A stretch of 64,000 nt of DNA from the NCBI GenBank assembly GCA_963717935.1, contig CAVQXP010000004.1:672001-736000 (forward strand), written 5' to 3'. The translations under genes and the position numbers were made by a program. The notes under the pieces are model-generated. The model saw nothing but the letters and a program-made list of their open reading frames with translations, was not told the DNA's origin and did no database searches. This DNA is from Candidatus Eiseniibacteriota bacterium. Lineage in GTDB: Bacteria > Eisenbacteria > RBG-16-71-46. Position 1 is the first letter of the stretch. Every line of letters begins with the position of its first letter. Positions 40,515 to 50,625 of the stretch are shown piece after piece.

Positions 40515-41714
40515 ATGGCACGTTCTTCCAGCCCGCACCCCGGTGGTGAACGCGGCATCGCCCTGGTGGTCGCGCTGCTCGCCCTGCTGGTCATCTCCAT
40601 GCTCGCCACGGTGCTGATGATCTCCGTCAACGTGGACACCAAGATCACGGGCCACGGCCTGCGCGTGGCCGAGGCGCTCAACACTGCCGAGGCCGGGATC
40701 GGCGAGGTGCAGGCGCGCATCGCCGAGGGGGACATCGATCTGGCCGGCAACCCGCGCGCCGTGGCGCAGATCTTCAACACCCTCCCCGGCAGTGTTCCCG
40801 TGCTCGGGACCGATTCCACGGGGCTCGCGACCGCACAGCCGGCGGGCGCCTGGCTGGCCTACAGCACGGCCACCCGTGGTCCCCGCGCGCTGACGGTCCA
40901 GTACAAGACCGACGCCGCGCGATCGGTCATCTACCGCTACAACCCGAGCCTGAACCCGGCGGTCCAGACCGCCTCCGGCTCACCGATCTACGTGGTCACT
41001 TCCACGGGCACGGCCGAGGCGGACGTGCGGACCGTGCGTGCCGAGATCTACCCGAAACCCGTCATCGTCAACACCTTTGGTGCCATGGTCGCGAACATCT
41101 CGGTGAGGCTCCAGGGCACGGTCAACATCTGCGGCTACAACCACACCGCGAGCATGCCGACCGCCGCCGACGACGACACGATGTACCACACCGGCGTCGG
41201 CGACCTCGCGGGCACCTGGAGCACGGGCCCCGTGACCGTCATCAGTCACGAGGCATCCAGTCTTGGCGACCCGGACATCATCCAGAACCAGACCCTGCCG
41301 TACACGGGCCCGAACGGGTTCTACGCCGGGCCCTGGGACGTGTTCGGGATGACCCAGGCGCAGTTCTTCACGTGGATCGGGTCGCCGGTCGCCCAGCCGA
41401 ATCCCCCCGTCGGACTGGTCTACATCAACGGGGATGCCGCGTACAACGACGGGGATGGCACGGGCGTGCTCTACGTCACCGGCGACATGACGATGAACGG
41501 CCACTTCACCTACCGCGGCCTGATCTATGTCGAGGGCAACCTGCACCTCAACGGCCAGGCGTGGATCCTCGGTGGGCTGATCGTCAACGGCGTCACGGAG
41601 ATCAAGCTGGCGAACGGCACCGCCTCCGTGTTCTACAGCTCCGACATGATCTCCCAGGCCGCCTCGAGCTCGGACGGAAGCTTCCAGCGGCTCTCCTGGC
41701 GCGAGCTGCCCTGA
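40515..41714 (+). CDS. type IV minor pilin, PilX-like
   Basis: AGGAGG RBS; RG|IALVVALL lacking Glu5; ALNTAEAGI; C-terminal G.LYVTGD..GLIYVEG beta-repeats; ends SWRELP. Confidence 0.85.
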   Translation: MARSSSPHPGGERGIALVVALLALLVISMLATVLMISVNVDTKITGHGLRVAEALNTAEAGIGEVQARIAEGDIDLAGNPRAVAQIFNTLPGSVPVLGTDSTGLATAQPAGAWLAYSTATRGPRALTVQYKTDAARSVIYRYNPSLNPAVQTASGSPIYVVTSTGTAEADVRTVRAEIYPKPVIVNTFGAMVANISVRLQGTVNICGYNHTASMPTAADDDTMYHTGVGDLAGTWSTGPVTVISHEASSLGDPDIIQNQTLPYTGPNGFYAGPWDVFGMTQAQFFTWIGSPVAQPNPPVGLVYINGDAAYNDGDGTGVLYVTGDMTMNGHFTYRGLIYVEGNLHLNGQAWILGGLIVNGVTEIKLANGTASVFYSSDMISQAASSSDGSFQRLSWRELP

Positions 41715-41912
41715 GCGTCACGGCGCGCTCCGCGGGGCCTCCCGTGCGAGCGCGCCGCAGACGGGATGCGGCGATCATCCCAGGACGGCGAGCCTCCGCG
41801 TGAGGCTCCGGTTCTGCGGGGGCAACTGCAGCGGCCGAGATCGAGCAGGCCATCCGGGAGCAGATGCTCGAGCGGTCGCGTCGTCGCGGACGGCCGGGGG
41901 CGGCCCGGACCC

Positions 41913-42755
41913 TCAGACCACTTCGAGCGCCGGCGCCCGCTCGATGGCCCCGGCCGCCCGCGCCCGCTCGTAGAGCCGCGCCAGCGCCCGCCGGCCCAGT
42001 TCGCCCATGTCGAGCGTCAGGTCGTTCACGTACATGTGGACGAACTTCCTGCCCTGCCCGGCGTCGAGGCCGCGCCCGAACCGCAGGGCGTACTCGAGGG
42101 CCTCGTCCTCGTGGTCGAGCGCGGCCTGGATGGAGGCGCGGAAGCCGACGCTCACCGCGCGCATGAGCCCGGGCCCCAGGTCGCGGCGCACCACGTCGAG
42201 CCCGAGCGGCACGGGCAGCCCGTCGCGCTCCTGCCACAGCTCGCCGAAGTCGAGGACCTTCACGAGCCCCTCGTCGCGGTAGGTCAACTGGCTCTCGTGG
42301 ATGATCACGCCGGCCTCGACCTCGCCCGCGACGACCGCGGCGGGGATGCGGTCGAACAGGACGTCCACGGGCACGCAATCCGGGCACTCGCAGCGCAGCA
42401 GCAGCGCCGCCGTGGTGAGCGGCCCGGGGATGGCGACGCGCCGGCCGCGCAGCGACTCGAGCGTGCGCGGCTCCCGCGCCACGACCACGGGTCCGACGCC
42501 GCGACCCATCGAGGCGCCGCAGGCGAGCACGGCGTAGCGCTCGGCGAGGAAGGTGTAGGCGTGCGCCGAGACGGCGGTGATCTCGAGGTCGCCGCGCTCG
42601 AGCGCCCGGCGGTTGAGGCTCTGGATGTCCTCGAGCACGTGCTCGACCCGGCAGCCCTCGACCGCGGCGAGCCCGGCGTGGAAGCCGTAGAACATGTAGG
42701 CGTCGTCGGCGTCCGGGCTGTGCCCGAAGCGCAGGGTGCGCGGTGCGGCGCTCAG
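41913..42755 (-). CDS. mqnD: 1,4-dihydroxy-6-naphthoate synthase MqnD
   Basis: FGHSPDADDAYMFY, EDIQSLNRRA, GASMGRGVGP, AIPGPLTTA, GVIIHESQLTY, LPVPLG, MYVNDLT; start probably CTG at 42755 after GGGAGG. Confidence 0.88.
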   Translation of the reverse strand: MSAAPRTLRFGHSPDADDAYMFYGFHAGLAAVEGCRVEHVLEDIQSLNRRALERGDLEITAVSAHAYTFLAERYAVLACGASMGRGVGPVVVAREPRTLESLRGRRVAIPGPLTTAALLLRCECPDCVPVDVLFDRIPAAVVAGEVEAGVIIHESQLTYRDEGLVKVLDFGELWQERDGLPVPLGLDVVRRDLGPGLMRAVSVGFRASIQAALDHEDEALEYALRFGRGLDAGQGRKFVHMYVNDLTLDMGELGRRALARLYERARAAGAIERAPALEVV

Positions 42756-43909
42756 GACGACCTCCCGGCGCCGCGGGCGGCGGCGGCCGGCCGGTGGCCC
42801 GCGGCGAGCCCGGCGGCCTGCTCCCAGATGAGGGCGCGCAGCGAGTCGAGCCCGGCGCCGGTCTTGGCCGAGACCAGGAGCGCGTCGGGGTACTGGGCTT
42901 CGAGCCCCGCGACCGCGTCCTCGTCCGCCACCAGGTCGAGCTTGTTGAAGACCAGCACGGTGGGCCGCGGCTCCCCGAGCAGTTCCTCGAGCACGGCCTC
43001 GACCGCCTCCATCTGCCGCAGGATGTCCGGGTCGGCGGCGTCCACCACGTGGATCAGCAGGTCGGCCTCGACCGCCTCGACCAGCGTGCTGTGGAACGAG
43101 GCCACCAGGTGGTGCGGCAGCTTGCGGATGAAGCCCACCGTGTCGGTGAGCAGCGCCAGGTGCCGCTCGGGGCTCACCATCTGCCGCGTGGTGGCGTCGA
43201 GCGTGGCGAAGAGCCGGTCCTCGACGAACACCTCGGAGCGCGTGAGCGCGTTGAAGAGCGTGCTCTTGCCGGCGTTGGTGTAGCCCACGAGCGCGGCGCG
43301 GAAGTGGTCGCGCCGCCGGCGCCGCTGGGTCTCCCGTTCGCGCTCGACGCTCTCGAGCGCGAGCTTCAGGCGCGCGATCTTCTCGCGCACGATGCGGCGG
43401 TCGGTCTCGAGCTGGGTCTCGCCCGGGCCGCGCACGCCGATGCCGCCGGCCTGGCGCTCGAGGTGCTTCCACATGCCGGTCAGCCGCGGCAGCGTGTACT
43501 GCAGCTGCGCGAGCTCCACCTGCAGGCGCGACTCCCGCGAGCGGGCGCGGCGCGCGAAGATGTCGAGGATCAGCTCGGAGCGGTCCACGACCTTCGCCTC
43601 CAGCTCCTTCTCGAGGTTGCGCACCTGCGAGGGCGAGAGGTCGTCGTTGAACAGGACCAGGTCGGCCTCGAGCTCTGCGACCAGGGCCTTGAGGTCCGCC
43701 AGCTTGCCCTTGCCCAGGAAGGTGGGTGGGTGCACGCCGCCGCGTCGCTGCACCAGCTCGCCCAGCACGCGCGCGCCGGCGGTGTCGGCGAGCCGGCGCA
43801 GTTCCTCGAGCGAACGCGGCAGGTCACGGCCGTCACGGCCGGCGTGCCCCACCAGCACGGCGCGCTCGGCCTTCGGCGGGTTCGCGACTTCGTGCGTGCG
43901 CGGCTTCAC
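42752..43909 (-). CDS. hflX: GTPase HflX
   Basis: LILDIFARRA, LQVELAQL, GPGETQLETDRR, GYTNAGKS, LFATLD, DTVGFI, NKLD; GTGA overlap with the upstream gene. Confidence 0.95.
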   Translation of the reverse strand: MKPRTHEVANPPKAERAVLVGHAGRDGRDLPRSLEELRRLADTAGARVLGELVQRRGGVHPPTFLGKGKLADLKALVAELEADLVLFNDDLSPSQVRNLEKELEAKVVDRSELILDIFARRARSRESRLQVELAQLQYTLPRLTGMWKHLERQAGGIGVRGPGETQLETDRRIVREKIARLKLALESVERERETQRRRRRDHFRAALVGYTNAGKSTLFNALTRSEVFVEDRLFATLDATTRQMVSPERHLALLTDTVGFIRKLPHHLVASFHSTLVEAVEADLLIHVVDAADPDILRQMEAVEAVLEELLGEPRPTVLVFNKLDLVADEDAVAGLEAQYPDALLVSAKTGAGLDSLRALIWEQAAGLAAGHRPAAAARGAGRSS

Positions 43910-45154
43910 CCGCGGGGCTCGATCTCGAGGTCGCAGGGGAAGGGCGTCAGGTCCTCGACCGTGCCGTCGGGGCGGATGTAGACCAGGTCCTCGATCCGGC
44001 AGCCCATGTCGCGCTCGGGGTAGTAGAGCCCCGGCTCGACCGTGACCACCATGCCGGGCTCGAGGATCACGGTGTTGGTGGCGGGGCCGCCCAGCAGCGG
44101 CGGGTCGTGCACCGACAGGCCGACGCCGTGGCCGAGGTTGTGCACGTAGCCCTCCTGCGTGGCCTCGTTGACGCGCCGCGTGACGTGCCCGTGCTTCTCG
44201 TAGATGTCGCAGGCGAGGTCCTGGAACGAGCGGCAGGGCTTGCCGGCGGTGAGCGCGGCCTTCGCGGCGATGAAGGCCTCGCGCGTGTGAGCGTAGATCT
44301 CCTTCAGCGGCGCGGGCGCGGGCCCCATGCAGAAGGTGCGCGTCATGTCGGAGTGGTAGCCGCCGCCGGCCTCGCCCGGGAAGATGTCCACGATGAGCGA
44401 CCGGCCGGCGGTGAGCGGCTCGTCGTCGTCGCCGCGGTTGTGCGGCACGCCGGCGTCGCGGCCCTGCGAGACGATGCTGTCGCCCTGGTCCTCGGCGAGC
44501 CCGTGCTCGAGGAACTCGCGGTGCAGCACGCGGCGCAGGTCGCCGAGCTTCACCGGACCGGCCCCGTCGGCGCGGAAGTGCTCGCCGTCGCGCTGGAGCG
44601 ACGAGAGGAAGTCGCGCAGCCGGCCCATGGCGGCCACGGTGCCGCGCGCGGCGCGGCGGATGGCCTCGACCTCGTCGGGGTCCTTGGTGGCGCGCGCCTG
44701 CAGCATCAGGTCGGGATGGCCCGAGTCCACGGAGAGCGCCGGGTTCGCCTCGAGCATGCGCAGCACGAGCGCGTGGGCGAAGCCGGCCGGCAGATCGCCG
44801 AACAGGCCGATGCGGCCCTGCGATCGCCAGCGTGGCGCAACTCTCGCCGATGAGCCGGCCGAAGGCGCGCGCCGGGTGCCCGCCCTCCTCGGTGAGGATG
44901 CGCGGGAGGGCGTGCTGCGGGAAGCCGGAGTGGTCACAGCCCACCGCCGCCGCCTGGTCGCGCTCCATCGGGTCGTGGATGAGGTGTGCGCGTGCCGGGT
45001 CGCCCTCGGCGGCGCCGGGGGCGCGCAGGTAGATTCCGTAGTGGAGCTTCTGTCCGGTGACGTAGTGCATGGCCGGGCTGTAGCGGTCGTAGGCGAAGAC
45101 CACCATGCCGGCCAGTCCGCGCTCCCGCATGAGTCGGTCGAGATCCCTGCGCAT
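43906..45154 (-). CDS. Xaa-Pro peptidase family M24 (apparent frameshift near 44820)
   Basis: RATKDPDEV, VPH, VDIFP, SDMTRTF, HNLGHGVGLSVHD, TVEPGLYYP, RIEDLV; N-terminus lies in another frame from ATG 45154. Confidence 0.85.
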
Positions 45155-45232
45155 GTGTCCTCCCGGGGCCCCAAGGGTCGGTGACCGGGCGATGCTAGTG
45201 CATCGGGTGTGGGATTGCGAAGGCGGGCGCGG

Positions 45233-45923
45233 CTATGCCACCCGGGCCCGCGAGCGGCGCGTGACGACGAAGACCCGCATCACGAGCAGGCCGGCGAAGA
45301 AGCCGCCGACGTGCGCCCAGAAGGCGATCCCGCCGCTGCCCGAGGCGCCGAGCGCGCCGAGGCCCAGCACGAACTGGAACAGGAACCAGAGGCCGAGCAC
45401 GAAGAAGGCGGGCAGCGGGACGACCCGGAAGAAGGGGAAGAGCGGCAGCAGCGTGAACACGCGCGCCCGGGGGAAGGCGCACGATGTAGGCGCCGAGCAC
45501 CGCCGCGATCGCGCCGCTGGCCCCCACCGTCGGCACCTCGGCGACCGGGCCCGTGAGGTAGTGCAGCAGCGTGGCCACCACGCCGCAGACGAGGTAGAAG
45601 ACGAGGAAGCCGGCATGGCCCAGCACGTCCTCGACGTTGTCACCGAAGATCCAGAGGTACCACAGGTTCCCGATCAGGTGGGACCAGCCGCCGTGCAGGA
45701 ACATGGAGGTGAGCACGGGGAGCACGGCGGGCAGGAGCGGCAGGTCGCCGTAGCGCACCGCCAGCGTGAGCCGCACCGGGACGAAGCCCCAGTCGAAGAG
45801 GAACGGGCGCAACTCGGGACCGAGCAGCACCTCGTAGACGAAGATGGCCAGGTTCAGCACGATGAGCGCGCGCGTGACCAGCGGCACGGTCGCGGAAGGG
45901 TTCTCGTCGCGCAGCGGGATCAA
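45233..45923 (-). CDS. rhomboid family intramembrane serine protease (apparent frameshift near 45475)
   Basis: IPLRDENP, TSMFLHGGWSHLIGNLWYLWIFGDNVED, GASGAIA, and AFWAHVGGF in the second frame. Confidence 0.88.
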
Positions 45924-45981
45924 GCGGGCCTCGTCTCCTGTCCGTCCGGCCCACGGAGGGAGTTCCGACGGCAACTGCCGG

Positions 45982-46010
45982 TTGACGTCTCCCGGACCTC
46001 TTCCTATCCT
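45982..46010 (+). promoter_or_regulatory. sigma70-type promoter of trxA
   Basis: TTGACG-N17-TATCCT. Confidence 0.55.
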
Positions 46011-46105
46011 GTCCGAGTCACGCATCCTGAGCGTATCCTTGGCGCCCGTTCCGGCATCCAACGGGCGTTCATCTGATTCTTTCGACTCCCGAGGAGGATT
46101 CGTCC

Positions 46106-46430
46106 ATGGGCAGCGCACTCGCCGTCACCAGTGCGAACTTCGCTACCGAGGTCCTCCAGTCGCCGTTGCCGGTGCTGGTGGACTTCTGGGCCGCATGGTG
46201 CGGGCCCTGCCGGGCCGTCGCGCCCACGGTGGAGGCGCTCGCCAGCGAGTACGCGGGCAAGCTCAAGGTGGTGAAGCTGGACGTGGACGAGTCCGGGGAC
46301 GTGGCCGGCCAGTTCGGGGTCCAGAGCATCCCGACGCTGATGCTCTTCAAGGGCGGCCAGCCGGTCGAGCGGCTCGTCGGCGCCTATCCGAAGCCGGCGA
46401 TCGTCTCCAAGATCCAGCAGTCACCTCTAG
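46106..46430 (+). CDS. trxA: thioredoxin (one extra base just before the natural stop)
   Basis: GAGGAGG RBS; VLVDFWAAWCGPCR, VQSIPTL, VGAYPK; TAG at 46428-46430 is reached if one base near 46420 is removed. Confidence 0.92.
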
Positions 46431-46463
46431 TCGGTCCGGACGCGCCGCAGGACGGCCCGCGCC

Positions 46464-48123
46464 TCATGGTGCGGGCCGTCCTGTGCGCTCCACGCCGCGG
46501 CGCTCGAGCGTCCCGTCACGCAGGCGGAACAGTGCCGCGAAGCACGCCCGGCAGCGCCTCGATGACGTCGCTGGCGCCGAAACCCACCGGGCCCGATGGC
46601 GCGGGCGCAGTGGTCGGCGCCCAGTCCGTGCGCGTAGACCGCGGCGCGGGCCGCGTCGTAGGGCGCGAGTCCCTGCGCCAGCAGCGCGGCCACGATGCCG
46701 GTGAGTACGTCGCCCATGCCGGCGGTGGCCATGCCGGGGTTGCCGGTGGGGTTCACGGTCGCGCGACCGTCGGGGCCCGCGATGACGGTGGGCGCGCCCT
46801 TGAGCACGAGCACGCAGCCCCACTTCATCGCCCACTCGCGGCACGCGTCCATGCGGCGCGTCTCGAGCTCGGCCGGCGCGACGCCCGTGAGCCGCGACAT
46901 CTCGCCGAGGTGCGGCGTGAGCACGCGTGCCACGCGCGCCCTTCCCTGCGGCGCGGTCGGCGAGTACGGGGCACGCGCGACGGAGAGCAACCCGGCGTGC
47001 TACTCGAGGGCGTTCAGGCCGTCCGCGTCGAGCAGCACCGGGCAGGGGCTCTCGGCCACGAGCCGGCGCGCGAGTTCCGCCGCTCCGGCGTCGCGCGAGA
47101 GCCCCGAACCCACCACCAGCGCGTCCACCGTCGGCGGCGCGCGCGAGGATGGCCCCGGCCGCGGCCGGGGAGAGCGTGCGGCCCGCGCCCTGCGGCAGGG
47201 GGAGCGTCATCTCCTCGGTGAGCTTCACCTCGAGGATGTCGTTGAGCCCCTCGGGCACCGCGCACTGCACGTAGCCCGCGCCCGAGCGGGTCGCGGCGCG
47301 CGCGGCGAGCGCCACCGCGCCGGTGAGCCCGGGCGAGCCGCCCGCGATGAGCACCCGGCCGACCGAGCCCTTGTGCGCGCGCGGATCGCGCTGCGGCAGC
47401 AGCAACGCGATCTCCTCGTCGGTGGCGAGCGTGAAGGGGAAGCCGGCGGGGTCGCCGTCGTCGGCGACCAGTCCGATGTCCACGATCTCGAGTGCGCCGG
47501 CGAAGGCACGGCCCGGGTAGAGGAAGTGCCCGCGCTTGGGGGCGCCAAAGGTCACGGTGAGGTCGGCGCGCACCGCGCGGCGCGCGATGGCGCCGGTGTC
47601 GGCGTTCACCCCGGTGGGCAGGTCCACGGCCACGATGCGCGGTGCCGCGCTCGTCCAGCTCGCGCAGCGCCTGCACGGCGGCGGCGGCGAGCCCCTCGGG
47701 TTCGCCCCGCGCGCCGGTGCCCAGCACGGCGTCCAGCGCGAAGTCCCACTGATCGCGCGCGGCGAGCAGGTGCGCAAGGTCCGCCTCGCCTTCGAGCGCC
47801 ACCGCCTCGAGCCCCGCCGCCTGCATGCGCTCGAGGTGGACGCGCGCGTCGCCGCGCACCCGTTCGAGCGGCCCCATCACGCCCACCGAGACCGCAGCGC
47901 CGTGCGCGCGCAACTGGCGCGCGGCGACGAAGCCGTCGCCACCATTGTTGCCCGGGCCCGAGAGCACCAGCACGCGCAGGCCCAGGGGCGGGCCGTAACG
48001 CCGCTCCATCGCCGCGACCACGCCCGCGCCCGCCCGTTCCATCAACTCGGCGCCGGGGACGAAGCCGCCCTCGATGGTGGCCCGGTCCAGCCGGCGCATC
48101 TCGTCCGCGGTCAGCAGCCTCAT
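46464..48123 (-). CDS. nnr: bifunctional NAD(P)H-hydrate epimerase/dehydratase (several apparent frameshifts)
   Basis: ELMERAG, GPGNNGGDG, DAVLGTG, AVDLPTG, HKGSVG, LTPHLGEMSRL, LKGAPT, GNPGMATAGMGDVLTG spread over several frames. Confidence 0.9.
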
Positions 48124-48124
48124 G

Positions 48125-48919
48125 TCAGTGGACCGTGAAGGTGACGGGGGCCAGGACCCAGAAGCGGCAGGGCGCGTCCTGCCAGGCGACCGGTTTGAAG
48201 CTCCAGCTCCTCGCGCATTCGAGCGCCGCGGCGTTGAGCACCGGGATGCCGGACTTGAGCTGTGCGCGGATCACGCGACCGTCGGTGTCCACGAACGCGA
48301 GGACCCAGACGCGGCCCTGGATGCCGGCCGCCCGGGCGGCCTCGGGGTAGTCGCAGCGCGGCTCGCCCAGCAGCGTGGCCGGGGCGTAGGGGCTCTCCCT
48401 GCCGGGAACCCGCACGGCGAGGGTCTCGGGCAGCACGGGCACCGCGCCCGCGGCGGGCGGGAAGGTCAGGGCCGGGGCGCGCGCCGTGACGGGTGCCGCG
48501 GTGGCCGCGCGCGCGGACACGACCGAGGCGGTGAGGCCCGCGTCGTTCACCGCGAGATGGATGCGCGTCCGTCCGGTCCAGTCACAGACCTCCATCCTGG
48601 GCGTGGAGTTCTCGCAGCTCCGCCGGTAGCCCATGGCGGTCAGCTGGTCATGGACGTAGGCGACCTCATAGGTCGAGGCGCTGCTCACCGCGAACTCGGC
48701 CCGGGCGAGCTGCCCGCTCTCGAAGGTCAGCGTGGCGTCGCTCGTCAGGCCGAAGAAGCGGCAGCGCCCCCTGCGCTGGCCCGGCCCGGCGGCCGTGAAA
48801 CCGCGCGCGGACATCACGGTGTCGGCGAGCCCGAAGCGCAGCGTCGTGCCCGGGACGCGCACCGCGGTGTCCGCGGGTGAAGCCACCGCGAGCAGCCCGA
48901 GCAGGGCCAGGGCGAGCAC
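48125..48919 (-). CDS. secreted protein with C-terminal TonB domain
   Basis: Signal peptide; YPEAARAAGIQGRVWV..VDTDGRV..SG..LNAAALE..W.FKP. Confidence 0.8.
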   Translation of the reverse strand: MLALALLGLLAVASPADTAVRVPGTTLRFGLADTVMSARGFTAAGPGQRRGRCRFFGLTSDATLTFESGQLARAEFAVSSASTYEVAYVHDQLTAMGYRRSCENSTPRMEVCDWTGRTRIHLAVNDAGLTASVVSARAATAAPVTARAPALTFPPAAGAVPVLPETLAVRVPGRESPYAPATLLGEPRCDYPEAARAAGIQGRVWVLAFVDTDGRVIRAQLKSGIPVLNAAALECARSWSFKPVAWQDAPCRFWVLAPVTFTVH

Positions 48920-48929
48920 GGCGAACCTG

Positions 48930-49271
48930 TCAGCGCCGGCGGGCGCGGCTGCGCGCTTCGGAGGTCAGGTCGCGGACCAGTTGCTTCCGGTATTCCGGGT
49001 CGCGCCCTGCGCGGTCGATCAACTCCGGGTCGGAAGAGAGGAAGGGGAGATCGAACAACGCGGGCTCGGCCTCCTGTTCGGCGTAGATGCGCTCCTGTTC
49101 GTGGCGCATGTACGAGACCGCGCGCTCCGCCGTCTCGAAGGTGCGGCCGGGCAGGAAGTCCGGGGCCACCGGGTTGAAGATGTACACGTGGAACTGACCG
49201 TCGGGACCCGCCGTACCCGCGGGAGGCTCGTGCAGCTTGACCTTCGAGGTCTTCACCTTGCCTTCAGACAT
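48930..49271 (-). CDS. hypothetical protein
   Basis: GGAGG RBS, ATG overlapping the end of the HAD gene, ordinary composition (MSEGKVKTSKVKLHEPP...). Confidence 0.65.
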   Translation of the reverse strand: MSEGKVKTSKVKLHEPPAGTAGPDGQFHVYIFNPVAPDFLPGRTFETAERAVSYMRHEQERIYAEQEAEPALFDLPFLSSDPELIDRAGRDPEYRKQLVRDLTSEARSRARRR

Positions 49272-50043
49272 GCGTCCTCCGGTCGGGGGCATCCGTGCCG
49301 CCGGGTCCGCCCCCGCGGATCCCGGTCGAGGGGGTCGGGCCCTGGCCCCGACGTCCCGCGCCGCCAGCGGCATTGAGCCGGTCCACGATGGCGACCAGCT
49401 CGTACACGTCGTCGATGTCGTAATCCGCGCCCGACTCCACCGTGCCGAAGGTGTCGCCGTAGCGCGCGAACACGGTCTTCATCCCCAGGCTGCGGCCGCC
49501 CACCACGTCGCGCTCGGGCCAGTCGCCCACCATCAGCGATTCACCGGGCTCGACCGCGAGCCGGCCCAGGATCTCGCGGAACGGCGCCGGATCGGGCTTG
49601 CGCACCTTCGTGTCGTCGTAGGTCACCACCGCGTCGAAGACATGCTGGAGCGCGAGCGAGCAGAGCCTCTGCCAGACCTGGGCGCGCGGCGCGTCGGAGA
49701 CCACGCCGAGCTTGATGCCCCGCTTGGCCAGTTCGAGGAGCGTGAGCTGGACCTTGGGGTAGAGCACCATGGCCGAGCGCGCCTTGCGGTAGGCCACGAT
49801 GCCCGAGGCGTGGATCTTGGGGTCGATGTGACCCAGCTCCAGGACCAGCAGCTCGTCGAAGACGCGCTGGTACTCGAGCCCCTTCTCCTTGTAGATGGCG
49901 TCGATCCGGACCTGCAGCTCGGTGCGCGGCCGCTTCAGCCCGGCATCGATCATGCCGTCGATGCCCGCGCTCACCGCGTCCGCCTTCATCTTCATGAAGT
50001 CGGTGAGCGTGTTGTCGAGGTCGAAGATGATGGCGTGGATCAA
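49264..50043 (-). CDS. HAD-superfamily hydrolase subfamily IA
   Basis: IIFDLDNTL, LGVVSDA, KPDP, MVGDWPERDVVG. Confidence 0.92.
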   Translation of the reverse strand: MIHAIIFDLDNTLTDFMKMKADAVSAGIDGMIDAGLKRPRTELQVRIDAIYKEKGLEYQRVFDELLVLELGHIDPKIHASGIVAYRKARSAMVLYPKVQLTLLELAKRGIKLGVVSDAPRAQVWQRLCSLALQHVFDAVVTYDDTKVRKPDPAPFREILGRLAVEPGESLMVGDWPERDVVGGRSLGMKTVFARYGDTFGTVESGADYDIDDVYELVAIVDRLNAAGGAGRRGQGPTPSTGIRGGGPGGTDAPDRRTHV

Positions 50044-50056
50044 GGGGTCTCGGCGC

Positions 50057-50248
50057 TCACTTGCTCGAGGGACCGATCATGCGGCCGAGGCTGATCTCGC
50101 CGTTGTCGATGCGGACGTTGAAGCCGCACGCCGGGTTGCTGCAGACCCAGGCCTTGTAGGTGATCGGCGCCCCGTCGCGGCCGTAGTCGGAGAGTGGCAG
50201 CAGCACGCCGTCGTTGCACTTGCGGCACTCGGGGAAGTTCAGCTCCAT
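50057..50248 (-). CDS. small (63 aa) zinc-ribbon protein
   Basis: GGGAGGAGG RBS; CRKC ... CSNPAC. Confidence 0.75.
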   Translation of the reverse strand: MELNFPECRKCNDGVLLPLSDYGRDGAPITYKAWVCSNPACGFNVRIDNGEISLGRMIGPSSK

Positions 50249-50300
50249 CCCGGCCTCCTCCCTGCGAAAGACCCCACCCGCACGAACATGCCAGGCGGCC

Positions 50301-50331
50301 ATTGTAGGCGACGGCGAGCGAGCCGTGTCAA
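50301..50331 (-). promoter_or_regulatory. sigma70-type promoter of the zinc-ribbon/HAD/TonB/nnr cluster
   Basis: Minus strand TTGACA-N19-TACAAT; spacer is long, possibly from an insertion error. Confidence 0.5.
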
Positions 50332-50625
50332 ACGATTTTGGGCGCCCACCCAGCCCTGCGAATGGATCCCGGTCGCGAGCGGCCAGATCGTGGCATTGCC
50401 GGCCGCCACGTGGTCCCGGAGTCTCAGGGTCCCTCCTGAGAGTCGGCGTGGGACTCTGCGATGCGCGAGGCCGATCCAGTGAGCCGGCCGGGTTCCGGCA
50501 AAGTGGCCGGGCCGCCGGTCCCGCGCGCCATTCTTTGCCAGCCGTGGACAGGCGCCGGTCGTTTCGGACTTGACGGCGCGAGGGCAGATGCCGTTCTACT
50601 TCTTCTCATGTACCATCCCGGACCC

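Noticed and set aside
36657..41714. Pilin operon as a horizontally acquired island because it looks less GC-rich
   Set aside because: Explained by Thr/Asn/Ser/Tyr-rich proteins; GC3 stays high and no integrase, tRNA or direct repeats flank it.
46106..47221. 371-aa thioredoxin with a long C-terminal extension
   Set aside because: The extension is antisense to nnr and arises from one extra base before the natural TAG at 46428-46430.
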